From Octopus vulgaris (taxonomy: Eukaryota): 64,000 nucleotides of DNA. The first letter of the stretch is position 1. Each line of letters opens with the position of its first letter. The DNA is taken from contig OX597815.1 in NCBI GenBank assembly GCA_951406725.2, positions 67,022,001 to 67,086,000 of the forward strand. Reading direction: 5' to 3'. Positions 39,181 to 54,779 of the stretch are shown here, in pieces. A program made the position numbers and the translations under genes. The notes under the pieces are model-generated. The model saw nothing but the letters and a program-made list of their open reading frames with translations, had not been told where the DNA came from and did no database searches.

Positions 39181-40199
39181 TGTCAACAAAATAAATATTT
39201 TTTCTTCATCATATAACAAATTTTGTAGTGCCGGAACATAATGAATATGCCGATTCGACACATTCATTATATTACTGGAATATATTTGAAAATTTGTTAT
39301 CGTTATCCGGGTTAAGGTCTGATTATGCAAGACATTAAAATTACAGGTGCAGGCATGGCTGTGTGGTTAAGAAGCTCGCTTTGCAGTCTCGTGTTTTTAG
39401 GTTCAGTCCCACGGCGCGGTACCATAAGCAAGTTTCTTCTATTATAAACCTGGGTCAACCAATGTTTTGTGAGTAAATTTGGTAGACGGAAACTGCATGG
39501 AAGCTCGGTATAAATATATATTTGTCCCCACCATCGCTTAACAACCGGTATTGATTTGTTTACGTCCCAGTAACCTAGCAGTTTCGCTATCTGTGATCTT
39601 ATCAATGTCCGTGCGTTCCTCAAGTATCTTTTCACCTCAGCATTTATTGCATGCTTACTGTCCGTCTCACAGAACTTGTGATAAGGTCAGAGTCTGTGAC
39701 GAAAGGACTTTGAAGGACTAATTGATGAACCAATTAATCATTTTGTTAATTATCCAATTGATAATAAAGCCGAAGTGAAACATAACCAATGCATGTGGTT
39801 TTGTTGGCAGCATTACTCTCTGAAAGTGCAACAATATTTCCTTGGATAGGTTATCTAAACCACCCCTCAATACTTCGCTTCATGTGACACTAGAAAAATT
39901 ATTGACAGTGGGGTGGTTCACGAGCACAGGTAACAACGAAGCTTTTTGTCCTGGTCCATGAGTTCCATTATCTATTTTCCGTATTCTCGACACCACATCA
40001 CCAATTTTAATAATCTCCAACTTTTGGTGCAAGGCCACACATTTATATTTAGAGCTGGATAGTCAATTAAATTACCCCTAGTCTGTCTATTTATCTATCT
40101 GTCTATGTCTGTCTGTCTGTCTGCCTGTCTTTGCCCTCCCTGTTCCTCGCTTTATTCCTCCGTTTCTCTTTATTTTCCTCTCTTTCTATTTATATATGC

Positions 40200-40390
40200 A
40201 TGAAGGGACGCTGAAAAGTTCCTGGCTTTGGGCAAAGGAAAATTTACTCAGAGGATCAATTGATTATGATTTTATTCAACGTATTTCCCTTTCAGATTCA
40301 CATACTTATTGCAGTGGTCCTTCAGCCTTTCTAAGACCTATAAAATAACTGGGAAGGTTGGACCTCCAGCAGGCCTTTCGCGACACCCTG
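40200..40390 (+). mobile_element. Mariner-type TIR/MITE fragment
   Basis: Starts GAAGGGACGCTGAAAAGTTCCTGGC, resembling mariner termini; partner TIR not found. Confidence 0.4.
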
Positions 40391-40519
40391 TCGTTTTTAT
40401 GTGCGTATGTGTTGAGTCAAGTAGAGAGCCTCTACATGATCACTTGACATGCTAAAAATAGCAGCCACATCTCCCTTAGTCAACAACTTAACAGCCGACC
40501 TGGTGTTGACCAACACTAA

Positions 40520-40775
40520 CAATGTAAAGGTAACCTGATAGATAATGTAAAGGTCATCAGATGTGAAAAGTAAAAATCAGCTGATAAGAAATGCAAATGT
40601 CACCAGATGTGACCGAATAGGAAACGTAAAGGTCACCTGATAGGCAGCATAAAGATCACCAGATGTGAAGCGTAAAGGTCAGCTGACGGAAAACGTAGAT
40701 GTACCCAAATAGGAAACGTAAAGATCACCAGATGTAAATGTAAAGGTTTCCAGATGAGAAGCATAAAGGTTATTT
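40520..40775. repeat. Degenerate minisatellite (YGTAAAGRTCACCAGATG core)
   Basis: About 10 irregular copies of 20-30 bp. Confidence 0.7.
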
Positions 40776-41225
40776 AGTAATTCTGCAAGAATTCATGGCG
40801 TAAGTTGCATAAAGATGTTGTTCGTAGACATAGTAGATTGCCTCGCAATAATAAATCACGTTCTTTTATTTTGTGAGTTCAAATCCTACTAGGGTAGACA
40901 TTTGTTTTTATTGTACTAGGGTATCGATAAATATGCACCAACCAAATGCTGGAGATAAATTAATTTCATTCAACTCCGCCCCGAAAATGTATGGCTTTGT
41001 TACGAAAGTCATAAAGCAAGATGTTGATGTAAATTGTGATGTGACTGATACAGCAGGGATTAGACTCACACAACGCCAACCAATCGGCATTAAACACGTG
41101 GCCACTGCTCATTAAATTTCTTTATTACTACTTGGTGGAGTTTATCGTATGTATGTATGTACGTATGTATGTATGTATGTATGTATGTATGTATGTATGT
41201 ATGTATGTATGTATGTATGTATGTA

Positions 41226-41258
<33 letters not shown>

Positions 41259-42310
41259 GTAATATGTCCAGCTAGTTAAAGCTGTTAATTGCTTTGATGA
41301 CTTAAGCTATGATACGATTTAAGGGATTACCAAGTTTATCGATTTTGGCATAACCCATAATGAAAACTGGCGATAAATTCACCAATGTTCGCTTTAACAG
41401 TTCTGTTTATTGCACTCGCAAGAATATTAATTTTGACTTTGAAATGAGGTACTTAAACTTGGAGGTGTCGGAGCAATATATATTTATTTCAGTAATTTAC
41501 ATTAGGTTACACTAGAATAAGTGTTGAAGAAAAATACTTCGTGTAATAAATGAGTCACAGTGGAGTGAGACTGTTGGGCGCAGCTGTTTGAATGGAGACG
41601 ATTTGGCACGGCTGACTGGACATTCACCCTAATTTGATGACACTACTTTTTGGCACTGGAAGCGAACACACACTAACGGGCAGAAATATACGCATACTGA
41701 AATAAAGAGTAAGAGAAAGAAGGGAGTGGGTCATAATGATTTACTTACAGAACACGATTGACAATATTTACCCTCTTACACCCTCTTACACAAAATCTAT
41801 AAAATGTCAGGAGGTATAAGAAGTGAAAATAGTTATTTAACAACTTGTCATCCTTAGGATTTCGGCCATTTCTTGAAATAATTTCATCAATCGGATCTTC
41901 TGGTTTTCAGCTGCGTGGAACTCTGCATTGTACTACTCAGTATTGGATTACTATGTGGTATGTTCACCGAGTCTGCTAGAGCAGCTTTCTGAGATAGCTA
42001 TACGATTCTATGAATCCTCAACACATGTGTTGTCTCAATGTTGTACCATAGCCATAAGGCCTTTGTCATTTCCCGTTTTGTCTTATTCTGTAATCGTTTA
42101 TCGCTTGTTTGTTTTTGCCACTGTCCTCTACGTTCGCTCATTTATTCCGAAGAGATTTTTGCTGTTAATGCTACCAAAATGAACAACCTCATAGTTAACG
42201 GCACGAAATTGTTATGATTTTTGGATGATAATTGACGAGGAAAGAATATGTTCACGTCTTGTGTGCGATTTTCCGTGTATTCCTTTGTGGTCCTTCAATA
42301 TAATTTTAAA

Positions 42311-42377
<67 letters not shown>

Positions 42378-42379
42378 CA

Positions 42380-42510
<131 letters not shown>

Positions 42511-45156
42511 CGGGCTTCCACACACTTTCCGTCCACCAAATTCACTCACAAGGCATTGGTCAGCTCAGGACTTGAAGAAGAAACTTACCCGAGGTATCCA
42601 AAGTTCCGTGCAGTGTGTCTGAACCCGAAATTGCGTGGTTGTAAAGCGAGCTTCTTAACCACATAGCCATGCCTGCGTATGTGTGTACATGTATGAATGT
42701 GTTTGTATGTGGATACAAACGTGTGACAAAAAAATTCAATTACGAATTTGTTTTTACGTTTACAATTAATTAACAGGATTTTCGCTTATAAATAATTAAT
42801 ATAATTAAAGTTTAATAATGATTACCAAGATTTAAGGGATTGAAATATACTACGGGACGCTTAATCAATTTAAAAATAACCTAATGTAAAACAATTCCAT
42901 TAAAAAGAAAGGGATATTTTATTGCTTGGAGCGATTTTCCGATTCAAATAGATTGAAATGTTCTGAGTTGGATTACCTCCTGTAACACTTGTTGAAGAGC
43001 AAACGGAAATCCAGGTTTTATGGAAAATGGCGACGTCTAAGCTGTTGATTTTATACAAAGTGGTGAAGAATAAATATTTCTCTCTCGATACCAGCGATAA
43101 AAAAAAAATAAAACTACTTGTTTTGAATTAAACTGATTTATGTGAGCTGAATAAAACCGATTTTAAGTAGATTAAGAAATTCCGGTGTGGTGTTTTTTTT
43201 AAACCTCATAACAACTCCTGCTGAAAAAGAACACGAAAACCCACGTTTATAATCGATTTTCCAGTGTTCCGTTTAATGGTTATCATAAACTCGATAGTTC
43301 GATTCAACGCATCAAAACCCTTTTTTTTTAAAAAAATAAATCTTTATTTCTGTGTTTGGTGTTTATTTAGGTATTATCACCGGTAGCAAGCACATTGTCA
43401 GAACAAGAGAGAGATATACGATAGATTTTCCCTTCCCTACTGATAATATTTAGACAATGGATAGAAATTATGGGGTTGAGATGCATTTGGCATCGCATTT
43501 ATGGCGCCACTTAATTGGCGTCGCTGATTTGACACTGACTTATTTGGATTCAGACATTTTAGCATTTCCCTCTCTCTCCCTTCCTTCCTCCACCTTTCTC
43601 TGTTTATTTGTGTGAGCATATTTCTCTTCATGTGTATAAAGAGATGGGAAATTTATCGTGCTCAGTTAATAAATTGTTATTCCTCTCTCTTTGTCTCTCA
43701 CTCTCTCTATCTGTATGCACATATTTGTGCGCGATTGCGCATGTGCCCAGCCAGCCCTGCCAAATTATTAGCGTCCAAACAGCTGTACCCAATCGTTTCA
43801 TTCTGAGAAATCAATACATATTTCTCGATAGTTTATTTCATTTACACTGTGTAACACGGTTTTTGTCCTATCTGCTTACCCCTAGAAACTATGAAAAGGC
43901 TAATATTTCCTTCAAACTTTGCTTTTGTTACATTTATTAGCCCCCCACCCCGCCCAGTCCCTCTCAACACATGGCCATGATACTCCCCCACTACTCCCGT
44001 GCATAATCAGAGATGCACATATTGTCAAGCACTAAGTGACATACTTAAGTAGTTATGGTCAAGCAACTGAGAAGCAAATCTGTGGCAAAATATTTTCTAT
44101 AACGATATTTCTGCTTCGGTAACTCAGCACTGAGTCTATCTGAAAAATAATGGAAAAAAGCTCAGTTTCAAAACGTTGATGTCCAGGTCACAAAAGCAAT
44201 GTTTGAAAAGAATAGTCGTTATTTCCTTTGATTTCTATATAGAAGCAAATAGGAAATAGCACTTACTGAAAAAAAAAGAAAGAAAAAGAAAAAAAAGACA
44301 AAAATAAATGTTACACAGCTTTATTGATCATGACTTACGTAAACATTATCAAATTCCCCTTTTTTTTAAAAAAAAATGGCTTATCCAGGACGAAACAGTA
44401 GTGCAAGTACTCCAAAATTATCATCATCATCATCAGGTGGGAAACAAGCAGAAGGAGGAGGTAGGAAACCAACCAGCTATAACTATAGTGTATTTGGCTT
44501 TTGTTTATAAATTCAACAAATTATTTGTTGACGCGAGCCAAAAACTTTTCTTAGATTCATTAATCCAGGGTAGCTATGAAAGAAGTTGTTCTCCAATGAC
44601 GAAATACAACAATTAGTATACTCACACTCGAATCTGCTGGAACGTATAAAGAATGAATGTAGATGCCATCGTTTTAGTAATATAGTTTGTTAATAATCTT
44701 GAAGGCCTTTCTTTAACTATATCCGAGTTCGAAAGAGTAAAAACAGATTACTTTATGGTTGGATATGAAAAATAAATTGAGAATTAGAGGTGAAAACCAT
44801 CTAAATCAACCAACTTAGGAATCTCACTGCCATAAAATCGTAGAATTTCTCAGAAACCAATTTTCCGTCTTTTATACTTAGCAAATATAAATATATTTGG
44901 TTCAGTCGAAATGATCACTTATTTCAATGAAGAATCAGTCTAATACATTTTACTGGTCAGTGTTCCATTAAAATATTGCATAGCAATCAACTAATTTCGC
45001 ATTATTCGATAGAAAATTATATTTCGTCTGGGAAACCATATTTCTTTCTACATAAAAAAATATATTTTGCTGCGTAAAGGTTTATCACATTCGCACACAA
45101 GTGCATACACACACACAAGTACACACACATGCATGTAATGTATGTATGTATGTATG

Positions 45157-45219
<63 letters not shown>

Positions 45220-45838
45220 ACACACACACACATACACAAACACACACATGTACGCAGAGTGGCTTGTAGCATGTATTAGAACGTATAAGTCTATATTAAA
45301 TAGCATACAAGATTAAAATTTATTAAAATCATCTCCGTTTTCCACTCAAAACGTAAAAGGGAGATAATCTCAAGAAACAAAGATGCTCCAGCATGGTCAT
45401 GTCATTAAGGAACCGACAGTTTGATTGTCTGGAGACAAGAGGTCATTCATGGACACGTGTTTCTGTTTCAATAAGCGTCATCATTTCTACTTGATGTTCA
45501 GTTGATGGTAGACAAATACAAAAAAAAGAGTAGAAGACATTTATAGTCAACGTAATACGGATAATTGAAACGAAAATGGAGTCAGTAAAATAACTCAGAG
45601 TAGCACGTATTTGAATAATAAAGGTAAATATGGGTATATGAAATACTGTACAAGAAAAATTCTTGATGAATTGAACTCATCTCTACTCCCAGAGAAGTCA
45701 GAAGAATCATTTAGGCTGAGGTGTTCACGACAGGAAATTTTTGATATAATAAATACCTATTCACTTTACCCAACATATTGAGCCTAATATCAAATAATGC
45801 AGAATATATTTTAATGCACTTTACAACTCATACACTAC

Positions 45839-45876
<38 letters not shown>

Positions 45877-47434
45877 CACGCACGCACACACGTATATGTG
45901 TGCGCGTATCCGTCATTCTGTCTGTCTGGATGTCTTTCTATCTATCTATCGTACTGTGACAGATGTAAAATATATTAGCAATATATTTCACATAGTGCAA
46001 ATATTATCTGGTATATAACTCAATACACTGATTACCATAGATATATATTTATAAGTATTTTGAGTTTCACCCTTAGCTAGGCTGTTCACTCAGCTACGAG
46101 TGAAATCCAGAGTAGGTTGTGAATTTTGATATAATATTCTGATATTTGTTCCAGTCGTTGGACAGGGGCCATGCTGGGGTATCGTCCTGACGGGTTTTAG
46201 TTGAACAAATCAACCACAGTACTTATTTTTAAGTCTGATAGTTATTGTATCGAACACGTCTGCCGAAACGCTATATTACAAAGACGTAAACAAAGCATTA
46301 CCAGTTGTCAAGAGGAGATAGGGTACAAAAATAAACACAAAGAAGCACACATATATACACAACTTCCACAGTTTCCATCTACCAAATTCACTCGCAAGGC
46401 ATTGGATGGAAAACACTTGTCCAAAGTGCCGCACAGCGAGACTGAACTCGATATCATGAGCTTCTTAACAACGCAGCCATGATGCATACATACGTACATA
46501 CATACATACATACATACATACATAAGCGTGCATGTGTGTGTATGTATGTGTGAATAATATATATATATACATATATGCGTGCGCGCGCATCGCGCGCGCG
46601 TGTGTGTGTACCAAAAGATATTTATCCCCATTTGGATGTTCTGTCGGAACAGAATATTGCGGTTACCATGAAAGAAACTCTCATACTGGCTTTTGGTTAC
46701 TCTCATGGTAACTACGCAGTATTGTGTGTTCTAATAGAACATCCACTTTTAAGTGGGAATAAACATCATCTTTTCGTGTTAACACTGCTTCTGTCGCTCA
46801 TAATTATATATATTACCTGTATACCTACACATTTTGTGTACCTGCATAGTCATACAGAAACTAAAACGAGTAAGACATAACAATTTGTGCCTATTGTTAA
46901 AAGGTAAGAAAATCTGTTTATATTCACAGAATTCAAACTGGTTCATTAAGTGACCAATACTGAAATTTTATTAAACGAAACCAACGGCCAGCGAGGGAAA
47001 AACTGGAAATTAGAGACCTTCATCTGACTTCAGAGGAGATTAACAACGCATTTAACTGCAAAATCAAAAATCTAAGCTAAGTCGCTGTGAACGTAGATTC
47101 ACTTGATGCTATTAAGAAATATTGTTAGGTCTTCTGACATCCAATCTTGAATTACTGACAAATAACCAAAGAAACCCAAATTAAATTTGAAACAAAATGG
47201 CGTAGATATTGGTGATGTGGGTGACAGCAGAAATGAATATCTTTTGTTTTCATGTCTAACTTATTGGACATGGAAGATGGCGAGCAGAAAGTGGGGGCAG
47301 ATAAGCTGCTTTTATTTTCATGTTTGGTTTCCATTAACACACACGCACACACACAAATGTACACACATCTATATGGATATATAAACACTATCCAGCAAAT
47401 CATTCATTCATCTATCCACACAGACATAATGTGT

Positions 47435-47506
<72 letters not shown>

Positions 47507-47906
47507 ATATATACACACATACATACATGTATATAGACAGACGGAAAACGTACAAACACAGAGACATACGTGCATGTGCGTGCACACACACACATACATT
47601 CATTCATTCATTCATTCATACATACATACATACATACATACATACATACATACATACATACATACATACATACATACATACATACATACATACATACATA
47701 CATACATACATACATACATACACACACCCAGATGCACTACTACATTAATTTGCTTAAACGATAGTTGACATGTTTATAAATCTGTTTTGATCATTTTGAT
47801 CTCCGCAGAACCAGTCAGAGAGATATTATATACGTATGAATATGAATATATATATGTATATGTATGTATATATGTATATGTACACACACACATATATGTT
47901 AATATA

Positions 47907-47961
<55 letters not shown>

Positions 47962-48570
47962 GTATGTATATATATGTATGTATGTGTGTGTGTGTATGTG
48001 TATGTATGTGTACGTGAGTGTGTGTGTGTGTGTGAAGTGTGTATATGTGTATGCTTGTGCACCTGTGTCAATGTGTGTGTATATGAGTTTGTATGTATGT
48101 GTGAGTTTGTATTTGTGTGTGTGTGTGAATGTGTATTAAGATTTTAAGCAGGGTTTATCTATCACGTATTTTATAATCGGAAACATTTTATAGACTGAAA
48201 GAAACAGCTCGCAGCATGCATGCAAATGTCGCGCGTGTTACACTCCCCTATTCCCCTCATCACACACACACACAAACGCGCGCGCGCTCGCGCTTACACA
48301 CACACACACACGCGCGCTCGCGCTTACACACACACACATATACACGTACACACCTATTTATATAGACCTACAACCAGCAGATTATCATCCAGTTTTATGC
48401 ACATACAGACACCCTTATATTTACCCATGGTATCGGATGTAGTAAATTTATGATCTTGTCTGCAGTTTGCTATGAAATATTTTCATATCTAATTTCTTTT
48501 CCCCTACTTCTTCTCCCCCTCTTATTCCAATAGCACATTTCTGTGTTTGTCCCTCTTATACTCGCTCACA

Positions 48571-48608
<38 letters not shown>

Positions 48609-48670
48609 TACACACACACACATATATATATAGGCATATATATGTATATATCTATTTAGCTATTTGCTTG

Positions 48671-48757
<87 letters not shown>

Positions 48758-48799
48758 GTACATATTTTCTGTAAAACACACACACACACACACTTCTGG

Positions 48800-48980
48800 G
48801 GGAGGAGGCCAGTCGATTACATCGACCTCAGTACGCAACTGGTACTTAATTTATCGACCCCCGAAAGGATGAAAAGCAAAGTCGACCTCGGCGGAATTTG
48901 AACTCAGAACGTAAAGAGAGACGAATCACTGCTAAGCGTTTCGCCCGGCGTGCTAACGTTTCTGCCGGCTCGCCGCTTAT
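48800..48980 (-). mobile_element. Second SINE family (core GAGTTCAAATTCCGCCGAGGTCGACTTTGCTTTTCATCCTTTCGGGGGTCGATAAA)
   Basis: Related copies at about 21560-21740 (-), 59110-59315 (+), 11670-11775 (-), 13935-14115 (-) and 26460-26620 (-). Confidence 0.75.
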
Positions 48981-49005
48981 ACACACACACACACACACGC
49001 GCGCG

Positions 49006-49075
<70 letters not shown>

Positions 49076-49851
49076 TAGATTTATACGCGTGTACGCTTAT
49101 AGGCAAATTTACATACACATTGTAACAAGGAAATAGTCTAAGAGATTTTGTTCACCTGTATTTTCTATACTTTTTGGCAACCAATTTATATATACATTCA
49201 TACACACACACATACATACATACACGCACACACATACATACACATACACGCCCATATACATACATATGTACACACACACCATATTATGTGTATGCATGTA
49301 CATGTTATTTTTCTCAGTTCCGACCTTCTATACCTTGCATACAGAAAGAACGAATTTTGTGTGTATGTTTAACCAGGATGTTCCAGTGATTTAACGAACT
49401 AACTTTTTTTATTTGCATTAATTTGTGAATATACAGTTGTATTGTATTATGTCAAGCGCACATATTATTGCAAACATGTACGCATATTTTCTTCTATGCT
49501 GAAAATAATACAAAATGATGCTACATGAAGCTGGGTGTGAAACGGCCGTAATTATCTGTTAGTCAAGCGGTAAAATTAATCTATATCCATCTTCTGACTT
49601 TATGTTTTTATATTCTCCTCACGAAATAATCTTATCACTCGGATGTTCAGGATTTTCAGTTACATTGACACTTTACATTTAACTGCTTAGTAATTAATAG
49701 CTATGTTGATTGATAGCTGGATCCATATGAGGAGCTTACTATGATAGCCATATGATTCTCTGAATCCATATATTATACTACTCATACATGCATGCATAAA
49801 TACACACAAACATACTTATAAATGGAAAGATGCATATGTATATATATGAGC

Positions 49852-49928
<77 letters not shown>

Positions 49929-50175
49929 ATGTATGTGCGAAGGAGCGTGGTTTTGTGTGTGTGTGTGTGTGTGTGTGTGTAGCCACTACACATTCTTTAT
50001 TTTCTCTCCTTGTTTCTTGCTGTGTTCCTTTCTGTGGAAGAGCGTAGGCTCGAAACGCTAAAGACTTTTTCACTTCCCGAGCGTTATAAAGTTCACTTCT
50101 GGAGTGTTATACTAATACATCTATTTGTTGTCTACACCACCTGTCTTCGTCTTTTTTTTTTTTTGTGAATTCTCC

Positions 50176-50227
<52 letters not shown>

Positions 50228-51438
50228 TTTAGGCGCGAAACCAAGCAAATCTTAAACAACTCTGGAGCCTCTTTTTTCACATATAAGAGACAGCAAACCC
50301 AACATAAAGTCAGATAAGAGAAAAAAATCAATCAGAAAGGAACTCTATCTCACTCAAAATATCTTTTGATAAGCATAACAAATGCGCAACCGGTAAAAAG
50401 AACTTTCATCTAATTAAATACACTCTCTCTTACTTAAATTATTTTGTCAGCATTTTCTTGATTTCCTTTATATATATATATATATATGTATGTATATATA
50501 TATGTATGTGTGCACGTATGTGTGTCTGTGTCTGTGTACGTGTGTGCGCGTGCGTGCGTTCGTGTATGTGTGCACACGTATGCACGCTTTATATGTTTAT
50601 GTATTTTTCGACAATGTATACACATATAGATAGTCGCAGATTTACTGTATTATACAGATGTGCATATGCTCTCATGTGAACATACTCCTACAATATACGC
50701 ACAGATCGCATAGAGCTATAAGCGCCATCTTGTCACATTTATGAAGAGTGCGGCGCATATAATGAAAGCACTTCATATCTAATTCCTGTATCTTGTTCAG
50801 CTACTTGAATTAAGTGCTTTTCATATCGAACCTGATGTGTTATATACGACCAAATCGTGATGTGTTGTATTTGACTAAATCTATCGAAAACAATGAAGCT
50901 AAGGTAACTTCTTGATGAGATTTATACCATGCTTATGTGTACACAATGCACATGTGTATGTGTATATGTATGCGTGTATGTATATATCCGTTTGTACGTG
51001 CATGTATGTAATGTATGTATGGGTGTATGTGTATGTATGTGTCTTTCTATGTATATATACATGACAAGAAAGAGTAATAAGCATGTGTATGTGTGTACGT
51101 ATAAATATATGCATGTATGTATGTATGGGTGTATATTGCGTATATGTAGGTGTGTGTGTATGTATGTATATAATCATGTGTGTATGTATGAGCGAATGTA
51201 TGTATGTAAACGTGTATGCATGTACGTATGTGTGTGTATATATGCGCGTATATATGTATGTGTATATATATATATATGTATGATTGTATGTATGTATGTA
51301 TGTATGTATGTATGTATGTATGTATGTATGTATGTATGTATGTATGTATGTATGTATGTATGTATGCATATATGCTTGCATGTGCGTATATGTATGTATG
51401 TGTGTATGTATGTTTGTGTGTGTGCACCTATGCATGTA

Positions 51439-51484
51439 TTACTGAAGAGGCTACAGAAATAGCCGAAACTAAAGTTCAGTCTAA
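51439..51484 (+). ncRNA. Type I hammerhead ribozyme (canonical core, short stem I)
   Basis: UUA-CUGAAGA-GGCUA CAGAAA UAGCC-GAA-ACU AAAGUUC AGU-C-UAA. Confidence 0.75.
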
Positions 51485-51676
51485 GGAGTTCTCGAGTCGG
51501 TGTTTTTGGGCGATTGCACCTTCTGTGAGTACTGATGTATACATTTATGTGCTTTTCCTACAGTATTAGAGCATTTTAGCTCTTATTTCTAGCAACGGAG
51601 GTGTCTTGACACCATCGATCGCATTTAGTGACAATTATATTTTCCTCTATGGTAACACATTGAGCATGGCTGTTTA

Positions 51677-51748
<72 letters not shown>

Positions 51749-51918
51749 AATTGAGATAGGGGTTGTAAATGCAACCCTCCATGGGATAACATATATCCAA
51801 TATACTGCTAGTGAAGTACCCAACAAAGTTAATACATAAATGTTAAGGATTGCGATGCAATCAATTCATTTACTGTATTATATGGGCAAAGGTAAAATGA
51901 TTTACCACAAATTACTAA

Positions 51919-52878
51919 TACAAGATAAGAAAATGGAGAAATACATCTAAATCAAATATCAATTACCAGATAATACTCAATCACATACTTTATTAAACCA
52001 CCACATAAGAGACTGTACACCACACCGCACAAGAAAAACATACACATCTACATCCACATCTACATGTGGGGGCGGCTCTCAACGGACCAACCATGATGAG
52101 GACAATGATAATTTAAATTCAAATCCAATAGTGTATTTATGTCATAAGGAAAATTACTAATTGGAACCCGGATATATATATTTGCCACTTCGGATCCTAA
52201 TGTAAGCGTTATTAATAATATTATGAATGATAATAATGATAGCATTAATGGTATTGACAACGATAATGATGCTAACTTTAATGACACTTTGGAAATTAGT
52301 AGGAAGTAATATAATGTACAATTGACTATGTATATTTGCATCTAGGTACTAATATGTGTATGTTTATTATCACAATATTAAGTTGAAGAACTGAAACATT
52401 GAATATGGAACGTATATATGTTTACTAATTTATATTATTTATTTACATTATTATGTATATGTATATTTTTATATGTATAGGAGTGTGAGTATATGCACTC
52501 ATATGTATATGTATATCTCCGAGGAGGCCTTATGATATTTTTGTAAATGTCTTATTTATATCTATATATTGACCTACCATAAAAGGCCAATATTGGTAAA
52601 ATGAGACATACTTATCTACATGGCCGAAACAGCTGTAAGATGTAATCTATACTTATATTTATATTTACTTATATGTATATTCTCTTTTTTATATATATTA
52701 TACAACATCACTCTTTTATGTACACTTTTTTATGTACATTCCTTTATGTACACTGATTTGTTCTGCATATTTATGTTTAACCCTACAGTCTCTTATGTGG
52801 TGGTTTAATAAAGTATGTGATTGAGCATTATCTGGTAATTGATATTTGATTTAGATGTATTTCTCCATTTTCTTATCT

Positions 52879-52882
<4 letters not shown>
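51919..52882 (+). mobile_element. Penelope-like non-autonomous element with inverted partial terminal repeat
   Basis: 51919-52017 is the reverse complement of 52784-52882 (99 bp, 1 mismatch). Hammerhead at 52512-52644, AATAAA near 52807, ends in (TA)n. Confidence 0.65.
52512..52644 (+). ncRNA. Hammerhead ribozyme with about 90-nt loop II and palindromic stem III
   Basis: UAUAUCU-CCGAGGA-GGCC...GGCC-GAA-ACAGCUGU-A-AGAUGUA. Confidence 0.68.
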
Positions 52883-52929
<47 letters not shown>

Positions 52930-53144
52930 ATATAAGGGTAACAAAAAATTCAAGAAAAATTTTTCTGCCACCAGCGGTCAAGTGAGAAAATAGAAATAGT
53001 CAGAGACTATATGATACATTCAACAAAATATTAAGGAATGACCCTGAGAAGGTCGTTCGACTCACTTGAAAAGAGCAGCTAAAACTCAAAACCGCAAAAA
53101 ATAGTAATTCTGAAACTAGAGGAAAATAAAAAACATTTATCCCC

Positions 53145-53276
<132 letters not shown>

Positions 53277-53340
53277 TATATATATGTACATATATATATT
53301 TGATTGTGTGTATGTGTGTGTGTATATATATATGTATGAT

Positions 53341-53389
<49 letters not shown>

Positions 53390-54430
53390 GCGTGCATATG
53401 TTTGTGTGTCTGTGTTTGTCCCCCCAACATCGGTTGACAACCGATGCTGGTGTGTTTACATCCCCGCAACTTAGCGGTTCAGCAAAAGAAAACGATAGAA
53501 TAAGTACTAGGCTTACAAAGAATAAGCCTTGGGGTCGATCTGCTCGACTAAAGGCGGTGCTCCAGCATGGTCGCAGTTAGATGACTGAAACAAGTAAAAG
53601 TATAAAAGAATAAAAGAACACACACACATATACACACATATATATGTATATACATTCATATATTTATACACGCATATATTCATGTATACAAACAGTAGGA
53701 ACGGGTGTCTTCGTGTTATGTATACCATATCTAAAGAAAAGCAATTATGTGGAATATTCCTAAGACGATCATTGTTTATCCAATATCGACAACACCATCA
53801 CCACCACCACCACCACCACCACCACCACCACCACCATTAATATCATTATCATCATCGTCAACAACAACAACAACAACAACACCGTCGACGCCAACACCAA
53901 CGCTGAGAACAACATCAATAACACTAGAAGTAGCATCAATAACAAAGACGATAACAACATCACAACTACCCACCAGAGAGCTAAGAACAATCAAAGATGA
54001 CATAAATATAATTTCTTCATGCATTCTTTTAAATTTAATCCAGATTTATGCATCCAAAGCTCTGAAAAAGCACAAATTTTCTATTGGTTAAACGACATAG
54101 CAGAAGGATTATTTGGATAAAATTCACAGAAACGCAAGCCATTTGATAGTTTTGCAGCTGTGATTACATTGTGAGAACAATATCAATTGGCAGAGAACTT
54201 CTGTAATTTTATATTCATTGACAAAGGTTGAATTTCCAAGAACACATTGCTGGAATCCACTCGAGAGATCCCTGTAAAAGATGGCATGAATACGGAACAA
54301 AAAGAAAAGAAAAAAAAAAAGAAACCGAGTCGTAACCACATCCATAATTACCTGAATCACAATTGTCAAATATATCTTTATGTATGTTTCTACCACATCG
54401 TATGCATGTCTCTAATGAAGACTGCTTGCG

Positions 54431-54484
<54 letters not shown>

Positions 54485-54535
54485 TTATATATGTATATGC
54501 TTGTTTGTATGTATGTATGTATGTATGTATGTATG

Positions 54536-54618
<83 letters not shown>

Positions 54619-54779
54619 ATAACCCCCATTATTTCAAATGCATGTTATGGCTATATTTACTAACTTCTCAAACCGGCCATCAGAGAACAGTTTGTTTATG
54701 AAAAGAGAATGAATTCAGCTATTCTCGAGGGGAAAGCTATCACTCATATCTTAAAAAGGAAGAAAAGAAATTATAATTA

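Noticed and set aside
40520-40775. Repeats with variable spacers suggestive of CRISPR
   Set aside because: Eukaryotic context, degenerate irregular units, no unique 30-40 nt spacers and no cas genes; it is a minisatellite.
53747-54091. Pro/Thr-rich mucin-like ORF
   Set aside because: Trinucleotide (CAC/CAA/CAT) low-complexity tract without splice or homology support.
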